A DNA stretch of 64,000 nucleotides, from contig CAWAUV010000008.1 of assembly GCA_963785305.1 (NCBI GenBank), forward strand, positions 800,001 to 864,000, given 5' to 3'. The position numbers were made by a program, and so were the translations under genes. This stretch comes from an uncultured Planctomycetaceae bacterium (GTDB lineage: Bacteria > Planctomycetota > Planctomycetia > Pirellulales > PALSA-1355). The notes below the pieces were generated by a model that worked only from the letters and a program-made list of their open reading frames with translations, did no database searches and had not been told where the DNA came from. Positions 12,006 to 24,700 of this stretch are shown here, piece by piece (positions within the stretch are counted from its first letter, which is position 1; every line of letters starts with the position of its first letter).

Positions 12006-12851
12006 TTAGTTTTTATCCACGCTCGCCTTCTTGCTCGGCGGCGTCTTTCCCGTTTCCGGCGAGGCTTGGGCGGCGGGGTCGTCGGCGCGCATGAAGAACA
12101 TCAGGTGTTGCCAGGGCAAGCGGTCGAATTGCTCGACCAGACGGAATCCGGCCGGCTCGAACTCCTTGAGAATCTGCTTCTTCGTCATCTTGTGAAGCAG
12201 CTTGATCGGCACATTGCGGTCTTCGAGCCGAAACTCGGCCAGCGCCACCCGTCCGCCGGGTCGCAAGCTCTTGTGAATGGCGTTGAGCATCTGCTCGGGA
12301 TAGCTGAACTCGTGGTAGACATCGACCAAGAGCACGAGATCGAGCGTCGCCTCGCCCAAGCGCGGATCGGCCGGCCCGCCGAGCACGAGTTTTACATTTC
12401 GCACTTGATCGTCCTTGGCCCGAGCCTCGAGCATTTTGAGCATCTCGGGCTGGATATCGACGCACACGATTTTTCCCTCGTCGCCCACGAACCGGGCCAT
12501 TTTGAGGGCATAGAATCCGTTGCCGCAGCCCATGTCGCACACGGTCTGGCCCGGCTTGAGTTTCAAGGCGTCGAGCAGCAGGGTGCAATCTTCCTCGCGC
12601 TCGCGCGAATCGCGCATCAGCCAGGGGGCGCCCTGGAAATGCATGGTGTCGGCGATCTGGCGACCTTTGTAGGCGCGCAGCGGCGGCGGCAGTTTGTCGC
12701 TGTCCGCGGCGGCGTCGCTCGCGGCGGACGTGGCCGTGGCATTCTCATCGGCCGCCCACAGCCGCTGCCGATCGACCGCGCTAGCCTGCAACATCCAGGC
12801 CAAGCCGAGCAAGCCAACTCGAACCGATGCGCATCGGAGAAGGGAAGCCAT
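12006..12851 (-). CDS. Class I SAM-dependent methyltransferase with signal peptide
   Basis: VCDMGCGNG motif I, VDIQ, LVDVYHEFSYP, LPWQH. Confidence 0.9.
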   Translation of the reverse strand: MASLLRCASVRVGLLGLAWMLQASAVDRQRLWAADENATATSAASDAAADSDKLPPPLRAYKGRQIADTMHFQGAPWLMRDSREREEDCTLLLDALKLKPGQTVCDMGCGNGFYALKMARFVGDEGKIVCVDIQPEMLKMLEARAKDDQVRNVKLVLGGPADPRLGEATLDLVLLVDVYHEFSYPEQMLNAIHKSLRPGGRVALAEFRLEDRNVPIKLLHKMTKKQILKEFEPAGFRLVEQFDRLPWQHLMFFMRADDPAAQASPETGKTPPSKKASVDKN

Positions 12852-13203
12852 GAAATAAGGTTCTCATTCGCCGGAGGTAAAATAGGTCTAACTCCGACTT
12901 TCGCGGTTTTCAAAAGTTCCGATAGCCCGATTCGTCGTGGTTTCTCCGATTTCGGCGCGTTTCCGGCAACCTTCGGCCTCTCGGTAACATGCAAAAATTG
13001 GCAGTTCGGCCGTCAAACTGTGCAAAACCCACGAGAAATCGGCGATTCGAGTGCTAGCAAAAAACGCGAAACTTGAACTAACAGCCTGTTTACAAATGCC
13101 TTCGCGGCATTTGTAAACCTCGCCAATCGCCGAGCAAAGCTCGTCGCGGCTCACAAAATAACGACTTACGTCGTTTTTTTGACACCGCATCCATGCGGCG
13201 GCA

Positions 13204-13230
13204 CAGCCTGTTGAATATTTCAACAGGCTG
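13204..13230. repeat. Palindrome CAGCCTGTTGAA-TAT-TTCAACAGGCTG (terminator-like or MITE/REP-like end)
   Basis: Perfect 12-bp inverted repeat directly after the stop of the 13231 gene. Confidence 0.7.
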
Positions 13231-15660
13231 CTAATCGATCTTCACCCAAAACGGACGCAGCCGTTCGCCGCGCGTGCGAACATCTTCCAGCAGTGTTTCC
13301 AGGTCGGGGCCCGGGCTCGAGCGGCCGGGGGTTTTGATCTTTTGGGCGTTCACCGTCACCTTGATCGGTTGATTGAAATCAACCATGTCGGGCGTGAGCC
13401 AAACACTCACCTTGCGGGCGCCGGTGCGCACCGTGATCGTATTGCCCTTGATCGAGGCGTCGAGCGTCACGGGGTGAAAGCCTCGCTTCGGCGGCCAATC
13501 GGCGGGCAGGACAATGCCGGCCGGCGGCAGTTCGTCGAGCTGCATCCAGTAGAAGAAATTATCCCACGGCCGCATCGTCACCGCGTTGATCGAGCGCGGC
13601 GCGAAATTGCGTTCCTTCTTGCCCATCCATTCGAAGATGCGCTGAATCTCGTCGGAAAAATGCTCGTGCCCGCGGCCTAGATATTCCACCACCGTCACGT
13701 CAAACGGCATGCTCTGACTGCGGAAATAGCGGTCGAGAAACTTGGCGTTGACCACCGTCTTGTCTCCATCGAGCTCGCCACCCACGAAATAAAACGGCAC
13801 CAGCGCGCCGTTTGTCCAATAAAGGGCGCAATATTTGTCGCCCCGGGCCACGATCGGAATCACGCCGGCCCAGAGGTCGGGATGCGCCAGCGCCAGGTCC
13901 CAAGCGGCGTCGCCGCCCATCGAATGGCCCGATAGGTACACGCGGTCGGTGTCGATCGAAAATCGCCGGCAGGCGTCGCGCAGGCTCGACAGCACCGTGT
14001 GATGCTCGCGGGCCGAGTAGCCGTAGCTCTTTTGGCCCTCTTTGATCCAGTCGATCGCCACGACAATATACCCATTGCGCATCGCTTGCCCGCGCCGCAT
14101 GCCGTTGGCGTCGCGACCGCCGGCCCACCAGTCGAGCTGATGCGAGGGGCGCGTGCCGGCGCCGTTGAGGGTGATGATCGTCGGATAGCGATGGTAGGGA
14201 TCGTATTCCGGCGGCAGTTGCACATAGTAGGGCGTCGGCGGCTCGCCATCCAGGCCGGGAGTCGAGAGCTCATAGAAGCCAGGAGTTTCGGCCGGCGGCT
14301 CCGGAGTGGGAATCGGCGGTTTCATGTGCGCGATGATCGCCGCCACGGCGCTGGGCGATCCCGCTTCCTGGCTCTTGATTTGCCGCAAGAGCTCCTCGCG
14401 CTTGAGCGTGAGCGGCTCGTTGAGATATTGGGTCGCGAGCTCGCGCACATCGAGCATCGAAAGCGCGACCGGAAGATTCGTGATCGCGTCGTTGCCGCCC
14501 ACGAGCCACCCGCTGATCGCCAGCGCCAACTTGTCTTCGTTGCCGAGCTTGTCGTCGGCCCCGAGCCGGATATAGCCACTCATGCGGTCGAGGGTGTCGA
14601 TCGCCAGATCGTTCTTGATTTCGGCCACCGCGGCTTTGGACCGCCGGGCCAGCGAGGGCTCGCGCAGCTCGTCGGCGCGGGCCTTGAGCGAGGTAACGAT
14701 GTCGACGCCCTGCTGCTTGATCTGGGCAAACTCGGCCAGCAGTTCGCGCACTTGTTGCAAGGTCTCGCCGGCGATGTCCTCGCGCGGAAAATCCTCGAGC
14801 AGCGACTGCGCCAAACGAGGCTGCGCCACTTTGCGACGCAAGGCGATCTCGTCGAGAATGCGGCGGGCATTCAGTTGCTTGAGCTCGCGAACGAGCGTCT
14901 TCAGCCCTTCGTCTCGCGGAAAATCATTTAATAGCGCTTCGACTTCAACCTGCGCGTCGGTAAAACGCTCGGCCTGCAAAAACAGCTTCGAGACCAAACG
15001 CCGCTGATCGATGTTCTTGGGATCGATCTGCCGGGCGACGATCGCGTTGAGCGTCTCGCGCGGAATCGAGCTCGTGGCCAGCCGACAGTCCCACACGAAT
15101 GGCTGCTTGCCCGCCACGAGGCCCTCGACTTTGGTCCACAGCGGCGTGATCAGGGTGATGCCTTGAATCACGTCGAGACGGCCGATTTCCGACGACATGG
15201 AAAATGTGCGGCGGCCATAGGCGTCGAACGGCGTGATCGCGAGCACATCGCCCACATGGCCAATGCGCGCCCCGCTCGTGACCACGCGCTGCGGAATGCG
15301 GATCTTCTCGATCTTGCGATGGCCGGCCACATTGACTTGGGCGACTTGCTTGTTGGGCACATAGGTGCGGCGTAGGTCATCGTCGACCATGACGATCGGC
15401 GTGAAGCCCGGCTGATTTTGATTCGTGCCCTTGGTCGGATCGTTGGCCATTTCGCCAAGCGTGGCCACGGTGCCTTCGAGCACGCGACCGTCCTTGAGCG
15501 TAATGACGTCGGCCCGCGCGTCGACGCCCGAAACGAGGCCCAGCAGCATTACGGCGGCGATGAGCGCCGGACGGCGAAAAAGAAGATCGACGCGAATCGC
15601 GAGCGTGGCGAGCCGACTTGGCGCCGCAACAATGGGCAGGTCTCGAATATGCGCCGCCAT
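13231..15660 (-). CDS. Large exported alpha/beta-hydrolase-fold peptidase/esterase
   Basis: Signal-like segment then DVITLKDGRVLEG; C-terminal YYVQLPPEYDP, IDTDRVYLSGHSMGG nucleophile elbow, GRGHE. Confidence 0.85.
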   Translation of the reverse strand: MAAHIRDLPIVAAPSRLATLAIRVDLLFRRPALIAAVMLLGLVSGVDARADVITLKDGRVLEGTVATLGEMANDPTKGTNQNQPGFTPIVMVDDDLRRTYVPNKQVAQVNVAGHRKIEKIRIPQRVVTSGARIGHVGDVLAITPFDAYGRRTFSMSSEIGRLDVIQGITLITPLWTKVEGLVAGKQPFVWDCRLATSSIPRETLNAIVARQIDPKNIDQRRLVSKLFLQAERFTDAQVEVEALLNDFPRDEGLKTLVRELKQLNARRILDEIALRRKVAQPRLAQSLLEDFPREDIAGETLQQVRELLAEFAQIKQQGVDIVTSLKARADELREPSLARRSKAAVAEIKNDLAIDTLDRMSGYIRLGADDKLGNEDKLALAISGWLVGGNDAITNLPVALSMLDVRELATQYLNEPLTLKREELLRQIKSQEAGSPSAVAAIIAHMKPPIPTPEPPAETPGFYELSTPGLDGEPPTPYYVQLPPEYDPYHRYPTIITLNGAGTRPSHQLDWWAGGRDANGMRRGQAMRNGYIVVAIDWIKEGQKSYGYSAREHHTVLSSLRDACRRFSIDTDRVYLSGHSMGGDAAWDLALAHPDLWAGVIPIVARGDKYCALYWTNGALVPFYFVGGELDGDKTVVNAKFLDRYFRSQSMPFDVTVVEYLGRGHEHFSDEIQRIFEWMGKKERNFAPRSINAVTMRPWDNFFYWMQLDELPPAGIVLPADWPPKRGFHPVTLDASIKGNTITVRTGARKVSVWLTPDMVDFNQPIKVTVNAQKIKTPGRSSPGPDLETLLEDVRTRGERLRPFWVKID

Positions 15661-15912
15661 GACGCCTCCCTGGTATGCGAATGCACCCGCCCGCGGTAAC
15701 GCCGCCCGCGGCGCCGTGGCTTCCACGATTTTTCTTGGCGGGGTGGATGGGGTCCCTTTTTTCATTTTGACGGCACGGCCCGAGATGTCAAACCGGTGGA
15801 GCGCGTTGCGGGGCCCGCTCTAGCGAGGGGTTTATCGCGTGTTTTTGTCGGCGACCTCGGGGGCGAGGGGGAGGTTTGGGGCGGCAAACAGCCATGCGAA
15901 CCGCAATCGATC

Positions 15913-15983
15913 TTGACCTAGCGGTGGCGACCGGACATGATGAGAAGCGGAGCGGACTGACGAGTCAGTCCGCTCCGCTTCTC
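15913..15983 (+). promoter_or_regulatory. Sigma70-like promoter followed by a perfect 20-bp inverted repeat (putative TetR operator)
   Basis: TTGACC (15913-15918), N17, CATGAT (15936-15941), then GAGAAGCGGAGCGGACTGAC-GA-GTCAGTCCGCTCCGCTTCTC (15942-15983), 60 bp before the TetR ATG. Confidence 0.75.
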
Positions 15984-16043
15984 GTTAAATTAGTCGTTTT
16001 CACAAACTTCTCGCGCTGCTCTCGCGAACTGCCCCACACACAC

Positions 16044-16730
16044 ATGGCGAGCCCCATCGAAAAAAAACGACCCGCCAGCCAAGCCCTGTACGCCCGACGC
16101 CAAGAACAAATCCTCGGTGTCGCCGTGCAGCTCTTCGCCGAGCAAGGCTACTCCAACGCCGATACCCAGCAGCTTGCCGAACGGCTCGGCGTGGGCAAAG
16201 GCACGCTCTATCGCTATTTCGACTGCAAACGCGAGCTCTTCCTGGCCGCCGTCGATCGCGTGATGCGCCAATTGCTGGCCACCGTGCTCGACGCCATGGC
16301 GCCGGTGACCGATCCGCTTGAAAGCCTCCGCATGGGAATCGTGGCGTTTCTCGAATTCTTCGCCGCGAACCCGGCGTTCGTCGAGCTGCTCATTCAAGAA
16401 CGAGCCCTGTTCAAGGATCGACCCAAGCCCACGTTTCAAGAGCATCGCGAGGCCAATCGGGAACGCTGGCGCCCGCTCTATCAGTCGCTGATCGACGCCG
16501 GACGCATGCGTAAGATTCCCACCGACCGCTGTATGAATGTAGTGGGCAATCAATTGTACGGCGCCATCTTCACGAACTATGTCGCGGGACAAACCATCGA
16601 CGCCGCCGATCAGGCGCGCGACCTGATCGATGTGCTCTTCCTCGGCCTGCTGAGCGATTCGGAACGTAAGGCCCAAAACGAAAGTTCACGCCCGGTCGGC
16701 GTCCAAGCGGAATCATCGACCCATGCATAA
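16044..16730 (+). CDS. TetR/AcrR family transcriptional regulator
   Basis: ILGVAVQLFAEQGY...LAERLGVGKGTLYRYFDCKRELF HTH; ATG 16044. Confidence 0.95.
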   Translation: MASPIEKKRPASQALYARRQEQILGVAVQLFAEQGYSNADTQQLAERLGVGKGTLYRYFDCKRELFLAAVDRVMRQLLATVLDAMAPVTDPLESLRMGIVAFLEFFAANPAFVELLIQERALFKDRPKPTFQEHREANRERWRPLYQSLIDAGRMRKIPTDRCMNVVGNQLYGAIFTNYVAGQTIDAADQARDLIDVLFLGLLSDSERKAQNESSRPVGVQAESSTHA

Positions 16731-18124
16731 CACGCCTCCAAACAATCGATATCTTGAATCTGGCGGAGCGCTCTTTCGATTGTCCGGCGGCCCGGGCTCC
16801 CGCTCCGCGCATACTCCGGCAGTGCTCGCGGCGATGGCGACTCTCGCCCTGATACTCGGCGCGGGCTGCGGCTCGCGCGACGCCGCGGCCGGCAAGGGAG
16901 GGCCACCAGGCGCGGGCGGACCGCCGGGCGCCATGAAAGTGGCGGTCATGGTGGCCACGCCCACCACCAGCGAAATGACCGACTTCGAGGACTTCACCGG
17001 CCGCACCGAAGCCGTGCGTTCGGTCAACATTCGCGCGGGCCACCGGCTACCTGGAAAAGCGACTGTTCCGCGAAGGCAGCGAAGTCGAAGAGGGCCAGTT
17101 GCTCTTCGAAATCGATCCCCGTCCCTATCAGGTCGAGGTCGAACGCGCCGAAGCCAATCTCACCCAGGCCGAAGCCCGCGTCAAACGGCTCGAGCTCGAC
17201 TATCAGCGCTCGCTTCCCATGGTCGCTTCGAAGGCGCTCAGTCCCCAGGATTTCGACCATGTGGTGAGCGACCGGGCCGAGGGCGTCGCCGCCGTGGCCG
17301 TGGCCAAAGCCCAGCGCGACACCGCGCGGCTGAATCTCAGCTTTTGTAGGGTCGTGTCGCCGATCAAGGGACGCATGGGCCGCGGCCAGATCGACCCAGG
17401 CAACATGGTTCGGGCCGACGACACGCTGCTGGCCAATGTCGTGACCCAGGATCCGATCTATGTGTATTTCGATATCGACGAACGCACCAAGCTGCGCCTC
17501 GAACACTGGGCCCAGCAGGGACGCATTCGCGCCGATCTCTCGGATATTCCCATCACAATGTCGCTCGCCGACGAATCCGATTTCCCCCACCACGGCAAAA
17601 TCAATTTCCAAGACAACCAACTCGACGCCACCACCGGCACGATCCGCGCCCGCGGCGTGTTTTCGAATCACGATCGGCTGCTGACTCCGGGCCTCTTTGT
17701 GCGCGTGCGACTGCCCGTGGGCGCCGCGTATCAAGCGCTGATGGTGGCCGATCAGGCGATCGGCGCCGATCAGGAGCGCAAGTTCGTGTATGTGGTCGAC
17801 GCGAACAATAAGATCGAGCATCGCACCATTGTCACCGGTCGCGCCCGGAATCGATTGCGCGTGGTCACCAAGGGACTCGAACCGGGCGAACGGATCGTGG
17901 TCAGCGGCTTGCAGCGAGTGCGGCCCGGGGCCGAAGTCACGACCACGCTGATCGAAATGCCGGGCCTCGGCGCCCAAGCCCAATCGCCGACCGCTCCCGT
18001 AAATTCAAATGGGCCTGAAAAAGCAAATGGGCCCGAAAAAACCGGCCGCGCCGACCAAGCCGCCCCGCCGATCAAGAACGCCGCCGAGCCGAAGTCGGCG
18101 GCTGGCAAGCCGACGATCAAATAG
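16723..18124 (+). CDS. RND efflux periplasmic adaptor (membrane fusion protein), frameshift near 17040
   Basis: Lipobox-like LGAGC, FTGRTEAVRSVNIRA, LFEIDPRPYQ, DNQLDATTGTIRARG, GLQRVRPG. Confidence 0.92.
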
Positions 18125-18237
18125 GAACGGCCAAGAAAACCTCGCCACGCCCCCTTTCCCATTCGGAGAGGATAGGGCGCGGGGGGCATTGAAAATGCCG
18201 CGATTTCCGCGGCCCCGAGAAAGCGTGGACCCGAGCC

Positions 18238-21200
18238 GTGTTTTCACGATTCTTCATCGATCGACCGATCTTCGCCGCGGTGCTGTCGATCGTGATCACG
18301 CTTGCCGGCGGCGTGGCGCTCGTTGGGTTGCCGATCGCGCAGTTTCCGCAGATCGCGCCGCCCACGGTCCGCGTGCAGTGCAACTATCCGGGCGCGAGCG
18401 CCGTGGATGTGTCCAAGTCGGTGGCCGCGCCGATCGAAGAGCGGGTCAACGGCGTCGAGGGCATTATGTATATGTCCTCGCAGTGCACGAACGACGGCGG
18501 TTACAACCTGACCGTTACCTTCAAGCCCGGCGTCGACCTGAACATGGCGCAGGTGCTGGTGCAGAACCGGGTGGCGCTGGCGGTTCCGAATCTACCCGAT
18601 GTGATCAAGCAGACCGGAGTGACGGCCAAGAAACAGCCGCCCGACATTCTGATGGGCATGGCCGTCACCTCGCCCGACGGACGCTTCGACCAATTGTATC
18701 TGAGCAACTATTGCGTGCTTCAGATCAAGGACGAGCTCGCGCGCATGTCGGGCATCGCCGACGTGTTGCTCCTGGGGCAACGGGACTACAGCATGCGCGT
18801 TTGGGTCGATCCCGATCAACTGGCCCATCGCGGCTTGAGCGCCTCCGATGTGGTGCAAGCGATCCGCGAGGAAAATGCGCCCGTGGCCACCGGCGCGATC
18901 GGCCGGCCGCCGGTCGAGCAGCTGAGCGCGTTTGAAATCCCGATGAGCGCCCGCGGCCGGCTCTCCGACACGGAACAGTTCGGCGATATCATCTTGCGCA
19001 CCACGCGCGAGGGCCGCGTCACGCGGCTCAAGGATGTTGCTCGAATCGAGTTGGCTTCGAAAAACCAAGACACGAGCGTGCGTTTCTCGGGCCAGCCCAC
19101 CGCGTTTTTGGCGATTTTTCAGCTCCCCGACGCCAACGCGCTCGAGGCTGCGCGATCGGGTGCTGGCGAAGATGGACGAGCTTTCGCTCCGCTTCCCCGA
19201 GGGCTTGATCTATAAGGTGGTGTTCGACACCACGCCCTACACGCGCGAATCGATCAAGGAAGTATTCCACTCGCTGCGCGACTCGGTGCTTCTCGTGGCG
19301 CTGGTGGTGCTCGTGTTTTTGCAGAACTGGCGGTCGGCGATTATTCCCCTGGTGGCGGTGCCGGTGGCGATCGTGGGCACGTTCGCCGTGATGGCCCTGA
19401 TGCACTTCAGTCTCAACAATCTCACGCTCTTCGGGCTCGTGCTCGCGATTGGCATCGTGGTCGACGACGCGATCGTGGTGGTCGAGGCGGTCGAGCACCA
19501 CATGGAACATGGCCTCGGGCCGCGCGACGCCACGATCAAGGCCATGGATCAAGTGTCGGGTCCCGTGATCGCGGTCGGGCTCGTGCTTTCGGCCGTGTTC
19601 GTGCCCTGCGCGTTTATCAGCGGCATCACGGGCGTGTTTTTCCGGCAGTTCGCGCTCACGATCGCGGTGTCGACGGTGATTTCGGCGTTTAACTCGCTCA
19701 CGCTTAGCCCGGCGCTGGCCGCGGTGCTGCTCCAGCCGCGCAATAAGAAGCAATCGCCGCCGCTGCCGCGAGCCGCTTTTGGATTGGCGGCGGCCGGGGC
19801 GTGTGGTGGTTTGGCGCCGAGCCGCTTGCCCACTTTCTGGCCCAGCACCGGGAATTCGCGGTGGGCGGCGGGATGTGGGTCGTGGGCGGAGCGGCTCTGT
19901 GCGTCGCGGCCGTCGTCGGGTTCCTCGTCGGGGGTCCGATCAATTGGGTGCTGGGCAGCGCGTTTCGCGGCTTTAATCGGCTCTTTGGCTTGGCGACGAG
20001 CCTCTATGTTCGCCTGATTGGATTCGCGCTCCCTTGCACGCCGGTGGTGCTGGTTCTCTATGGCGGCCTGTTGTGGATGGCATATCAGAAATATCAAGCA
20101 ACGCCCAAGGGCTTCGTGCCCTCGCAAGACATGGGCTACCTGCTCGTGAGCGTGCAACTCGATGACTCGGCCTCGCTCGAACGCACCGACGCCGTGATCC
20201 GACAAGTCGAGGCGATCTCGGCCAAGGAACCGGGCATTCGCTTCACCACGGCGATCATCGGACAATCCTTCGTGCTCAATGCGATCGGGTCGAACTTCGC
20301 CACCGTGTTCTTCGGGCTGAAGGACTATGCCGACCGGCGCGATCCATCTTTGTATAGCGACATGATTCTTGGTCGCATGCGCGCCGCCTTCGGCAAGGAG
20401 ATCGTCGACGCGCAAGTCCAAGTGTTTCCGCCGCCGCCGGTGCGCGGCGTGGGACGCGCCGGCGGATTCACGCTCATGATCGAGGATCGCAACGACGCTG
20501 GTCTGGCGATGCTCCAGAGCGTGGCCGATGGGCTCGTGGCTCGCACTCGCGATCCGAAGGAGAATTTGGGCTTCGTGTTCACATCGTTTCGCGCCAATGT
20601 GCCGCAACTGCGGATCGAACCCGACAATCGCGAGTGCATGACCAAGGGCGTGGCCCTGCGCGATTTCGCCGACACGCTGCAAGTCTACGAAGGCTCGCTG
20701 TATGTCAATGACTTCAATCTCTTCGGCCGCACTTGGCAGGTGATCGTGCAGGCCGAGAGCCGATTTCGCGATCAGCTTGAAGACCTGAACAAGCTCAAGG
20801 TGCGAAATCAAAATGGGGCCATGGTGCCGCTCGGGGCGGTTTCCAATGTCATTCCGATCAATGGGCCCCTGGTGCTGAATCGCTACAACATGTACCCGGC
20901 GGCCTCGATCATGGGCGGCGGCGGGAAGAACGTGAGTTCGGGCGAGGCGATCGCCAAGATGCGAAAACTGGCCGAGGATGAACTGCCGCCTTCGATGGCG
21001 TTCGAGTGGTCGGAAATGTCGTATCTCGAACTCGCCGCCGCCAACACGGCGATCGTGATTTTCGGGTTCGCGGTGGTGATGGTGTTTCTCGTGCTCGCGG
21101 CGCAATACGAAAGCTGGTCGCTGCCGCTGGCGATTATTTTGGTGGTGCCCACCTGCATTTACAGCGCGCTGGTGGGCGTGAACCTGATGCATCTGGAGAT

Positions 21201-21738
21201 CAACATTTTCACCCAAGTGGGTTTCGTGGTGCTGGTGGGGCTCGCGAGCAAAAACGCGATTTTGATCGTCGAATTCGCAAAGCAGCAGCGCGACTTCCGG
21301 CCGCACCGGCCGCCAAGCCACGCTCGACGCCTGCCGGCTGCGGCTGCGACCGATTGTCATGACCAGCTTGGCGTTTATTCTGGGAGTGTTGCCGCTGGTG
21401 ATCGCCACCGGCGCCGGCGCCGAGATGCGCCGCGCCCTGGGCGTCGCCGTGTTCAGCGGAATGGTCGGGGTCACGCTGTTTGGTTTGGCTCTCACGCCGG
21501 TATTCTTCTACAGCATCGACTGGCTCGGCGGCACCTGGATTTTCGGGAGCAAGCTCGCGATTCAAATCGCCGAAGTGTCGATCAGCGCGATCACCCTGAA
21601 GCCGCTTCGCGAAGCGCTGCGCGCAGCGCGCGGGAAAGCTTGCGGCTCGATAAACCCAAACCGCGAAAGCACGATCCCCAGCCCGAAACGGAAACCGCCG
21701 CCGACGAGCGATCGTCGGACTTTATCGAACAAGCCTAG
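18238..21738 (+). CDS. RND efflux permease 1 (HAE1/AcrB-like), several frameshifts
   Basis: MFSRFFIDRPIFAAVLS, GIVVDDAIVVVE, GLASKNAILIVEF, MTSLAFILG. Pieced together from ORFs 18238, 19034, 19801 and 21359. Confidence 0.9.
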
Positions 21739-21784
21739 ACCGCAAGCGAATCGCCGAGCAACGTCTCGAAAGGAACTCGACCTC

Positions 21785-24700
21785 GTGTTTTCCGCGTTTT
21801 TCATCAACCGACCGATCTTCGCCACCGTGCTCAGCATCGTGATCACGCTGGCGGGCGGCATCTTGCTCTTCACGCTGCCCGTGGCGCAGTATCCCGAGAT
21901 CACGCCGCCCACGGTCGAAGTCTCGGCGACTTATCCGGGCGCCAACGCCCAGGTGGTGGCCGACACCGTGGCGGCGCCGATCGAGCAGCAGGTCAATGGC
22001 GTCGAAGGCATGCTCTACATGAGCAGCCGCTCGACCAACGACGGCATTTACACCCTGAGCGTCACGTTTCAAAGCGGCGTCGACCTCAACATGGCCCAGG
22101 TGCTGGTGCAGAACCGAGTGTCGCTGGCCCAGCCGGTGTTGCCGGCGCTGGTGCAGCGGCGCGGCGTGGCGGTGAAGAAGAAGTCGCCCAGCCAGTTGAT
22201 GATCGTCAACCTTTTCTCGCCAGACCACTCGCGCGACAATCTCTACCTGAGCAACTACGCCACGATTCAGCTCAAGGACGAACTGGCCCGACTGCCGGGC
22301 GTGGGCGATATCAGCTACCTCGGCCAGCGCGACTACAGCATGCGGCTGTGGCTCGATCCGGAAAAGATGGCCTCGCGCAATCTCACCACCAGCGATATCA
22401 CCCGCGCGATCGAGCAACAGAATACGCAAGTGGCGGCCGGACAACTCGGCCAGCCGCCCACGCCGCCCGGCCAAGTGTTTCAGCTCACGATGAGCACCAT
22501 GGGCCGCTTGGTCGACCCGGCCCAGTTCGGCGAGATGATCGTCAAGAGCGACACGAATGGCCGCGTGGTGCGGGTGCGCGACGTGGCGCGCATCGAGCTC
22601 GGCGCCCAGGGCTACGATCAGACCTGCACGCTCGATGGCCAGCCCTCGGTCGCGCTGTCGATCTACCAGCTTCCCGGCTCCAATGCGCTGGAAACGGCCA
22701 AGGCGGTGCGGCTCAAGGTGGAAGACCTCAAGCGGCGGTTTCCGGCGGGCGTCGACTACGCGATCGTCTACGACACCACGCCGTTCATCACCGAGTCGAT
22801 CCAAGAAGTATTCAAGTCGCTGCGCGACGCGATTATTCTCGTGGCGATCGTGGTGCTGGTGTTTTTGCAGAACTGGCGGTCGGCGATTATTCCGCTGGTG
22901 GCGGTGCCGGTGGCGATTATCGGCACGTTTGCCGTGATGGCCAGCATGAACTTCAGCCTCAATAACCTCACGCTCTTCGGCCTCGTGCTCGCGATTGGCA
23001 TCGTGGTCGACGACGCGATCGTGGTGGTCGAGGCGGTCGAGCATCATATCGACCATGGCCTCAGCCCGCGCGACGCCACATTCAAAGCCATGGAGCAGGT
23101 CTCGGGACCGGTCGTGGCGGTGGCGCTGGTGCTGGCGGCGGTGTTTGGACCGTGTGCTTTTATCAGCGGCGTGACGGGGCAATTCTTCCGCCAATTCGCG
23201 CTCACCATTGCGGTGTCTACGGCGATCTCGGCCTTCAACTCGCTGACACTCAGCCCGGCCCTCACGGCGCTCCTCCTGCGTCCGCGAGACAAAGGCCACG
23301 CGCCGCCCTTGCCGAGGGTCGCGTTTGCCCTGGCCGGCGCTTGGCTCGGCTTCGAATATGGCCACGCCTGGCTCGAGCCGCTCCTGGGCAAGATGGGAAT
23401 GCTCGCCGCGCCCAACACGCGGGTCATCGTGGCCGGGGTCGCCGGCGCAGCGATCGGCTGGGTGGCGGGCTGGCCGCTCAATCTCGTTCTGCGGCTGGTG
23501 TTTGGCCTCTTCAACCGCGGGTTCGATTTCTCGACGACCGTCTATACGCGCATCGTCGGCATGTCGCTCCGCGTGAGCGTGATCGTGCTCTTGCTCTATG
23601 GCGGCCTGCTGGGTCTGACCTATGTCGGCTTCACCACCACGGCCAAGGGCTTCATTCCGACCCAAGACAAAGGCTATTTGATCGTCAATCTGCAATTACC
23701 CGATTCATCGAGCGTCGAACGCACCCAGGCCGCGATGCGGCGGCTCGACGAGATCGCCACCCACACTCCCGGCGTCGCCCACACGGTGGCCATCTCGGGG
23801 CAGTCGTTTTTGCTCGGCGCGAGCGCCCCGAACTTCGGCGCCATGTACGTGATGCTTGATGAATTTCACGATCGCTTGGCGCCCGGCCTGGGCGGAGAAG
23901 CGTTGGCCCGCCGGTTGCAAGAACAGTTTGGCCGCGAGATTTCGGAGGGGCTGGTCAATGTGTTCAACGCGCCGCCGATCGATGGACTCGGCGCCGCCGG
24001 CGGTTTCAAGATCATGATCGAAGATCGCGGCGCGGGCGGGCTCGTGGCCCTGCAAAACGTGGCCGACGCCGTGGCCGCCAAAAGCGCCGACGATCCGCTC
24101 TTGACCAATGTCTTCACCAGCTTCCGCGCCGAGACACCCTGGCTGTATCTCGATATCGACCGCACCGCGGCCAAAGTGATGGGCGTCTCGATGGGCGAGC
24201 TGTTCAATACCTTGCAGGTCTATCTCGGCTCGCTCTATGTCAACGATTTCAACCTCTTCGGCCGCACTTGGCAAGTAAATGTCCAGGCCGACGAAACCCA
24301 TCGGCAAACGGTCGAAAACCTGCAACAACTGAAAATCCGCAATGAATACGGCAACATGACGCCGCTGGCCGCGGTGGCCACGGTGCGCGAAACCGTCGGC
24401 CCGGCGATGATCCTTCGCTACAACATGTATCCCGCCGCGCCGATCAACGCCGCGCCGGCCCGCGGAGTGAGCTCGGGCCAAGCGATCGAGCGCCTGCAAG
24501 ACATCGCCGATCGCGATCTGCCTTGGTCGATGCGATTCGAGTGGACCGAGCTCGCGCTCTTGCAGCTTCAAACCGGCAACACGGCGATGTATGTGTTCGT
24601 GCTGGCCGTGGTGCTCGTGTTTTTGGTGCTGGCCGCGCAATACGAAAGCTGGTCGCTGCCGCTGGCCGTGATTCTCGTGGTGCCGATGTGTCTGCTCTGC

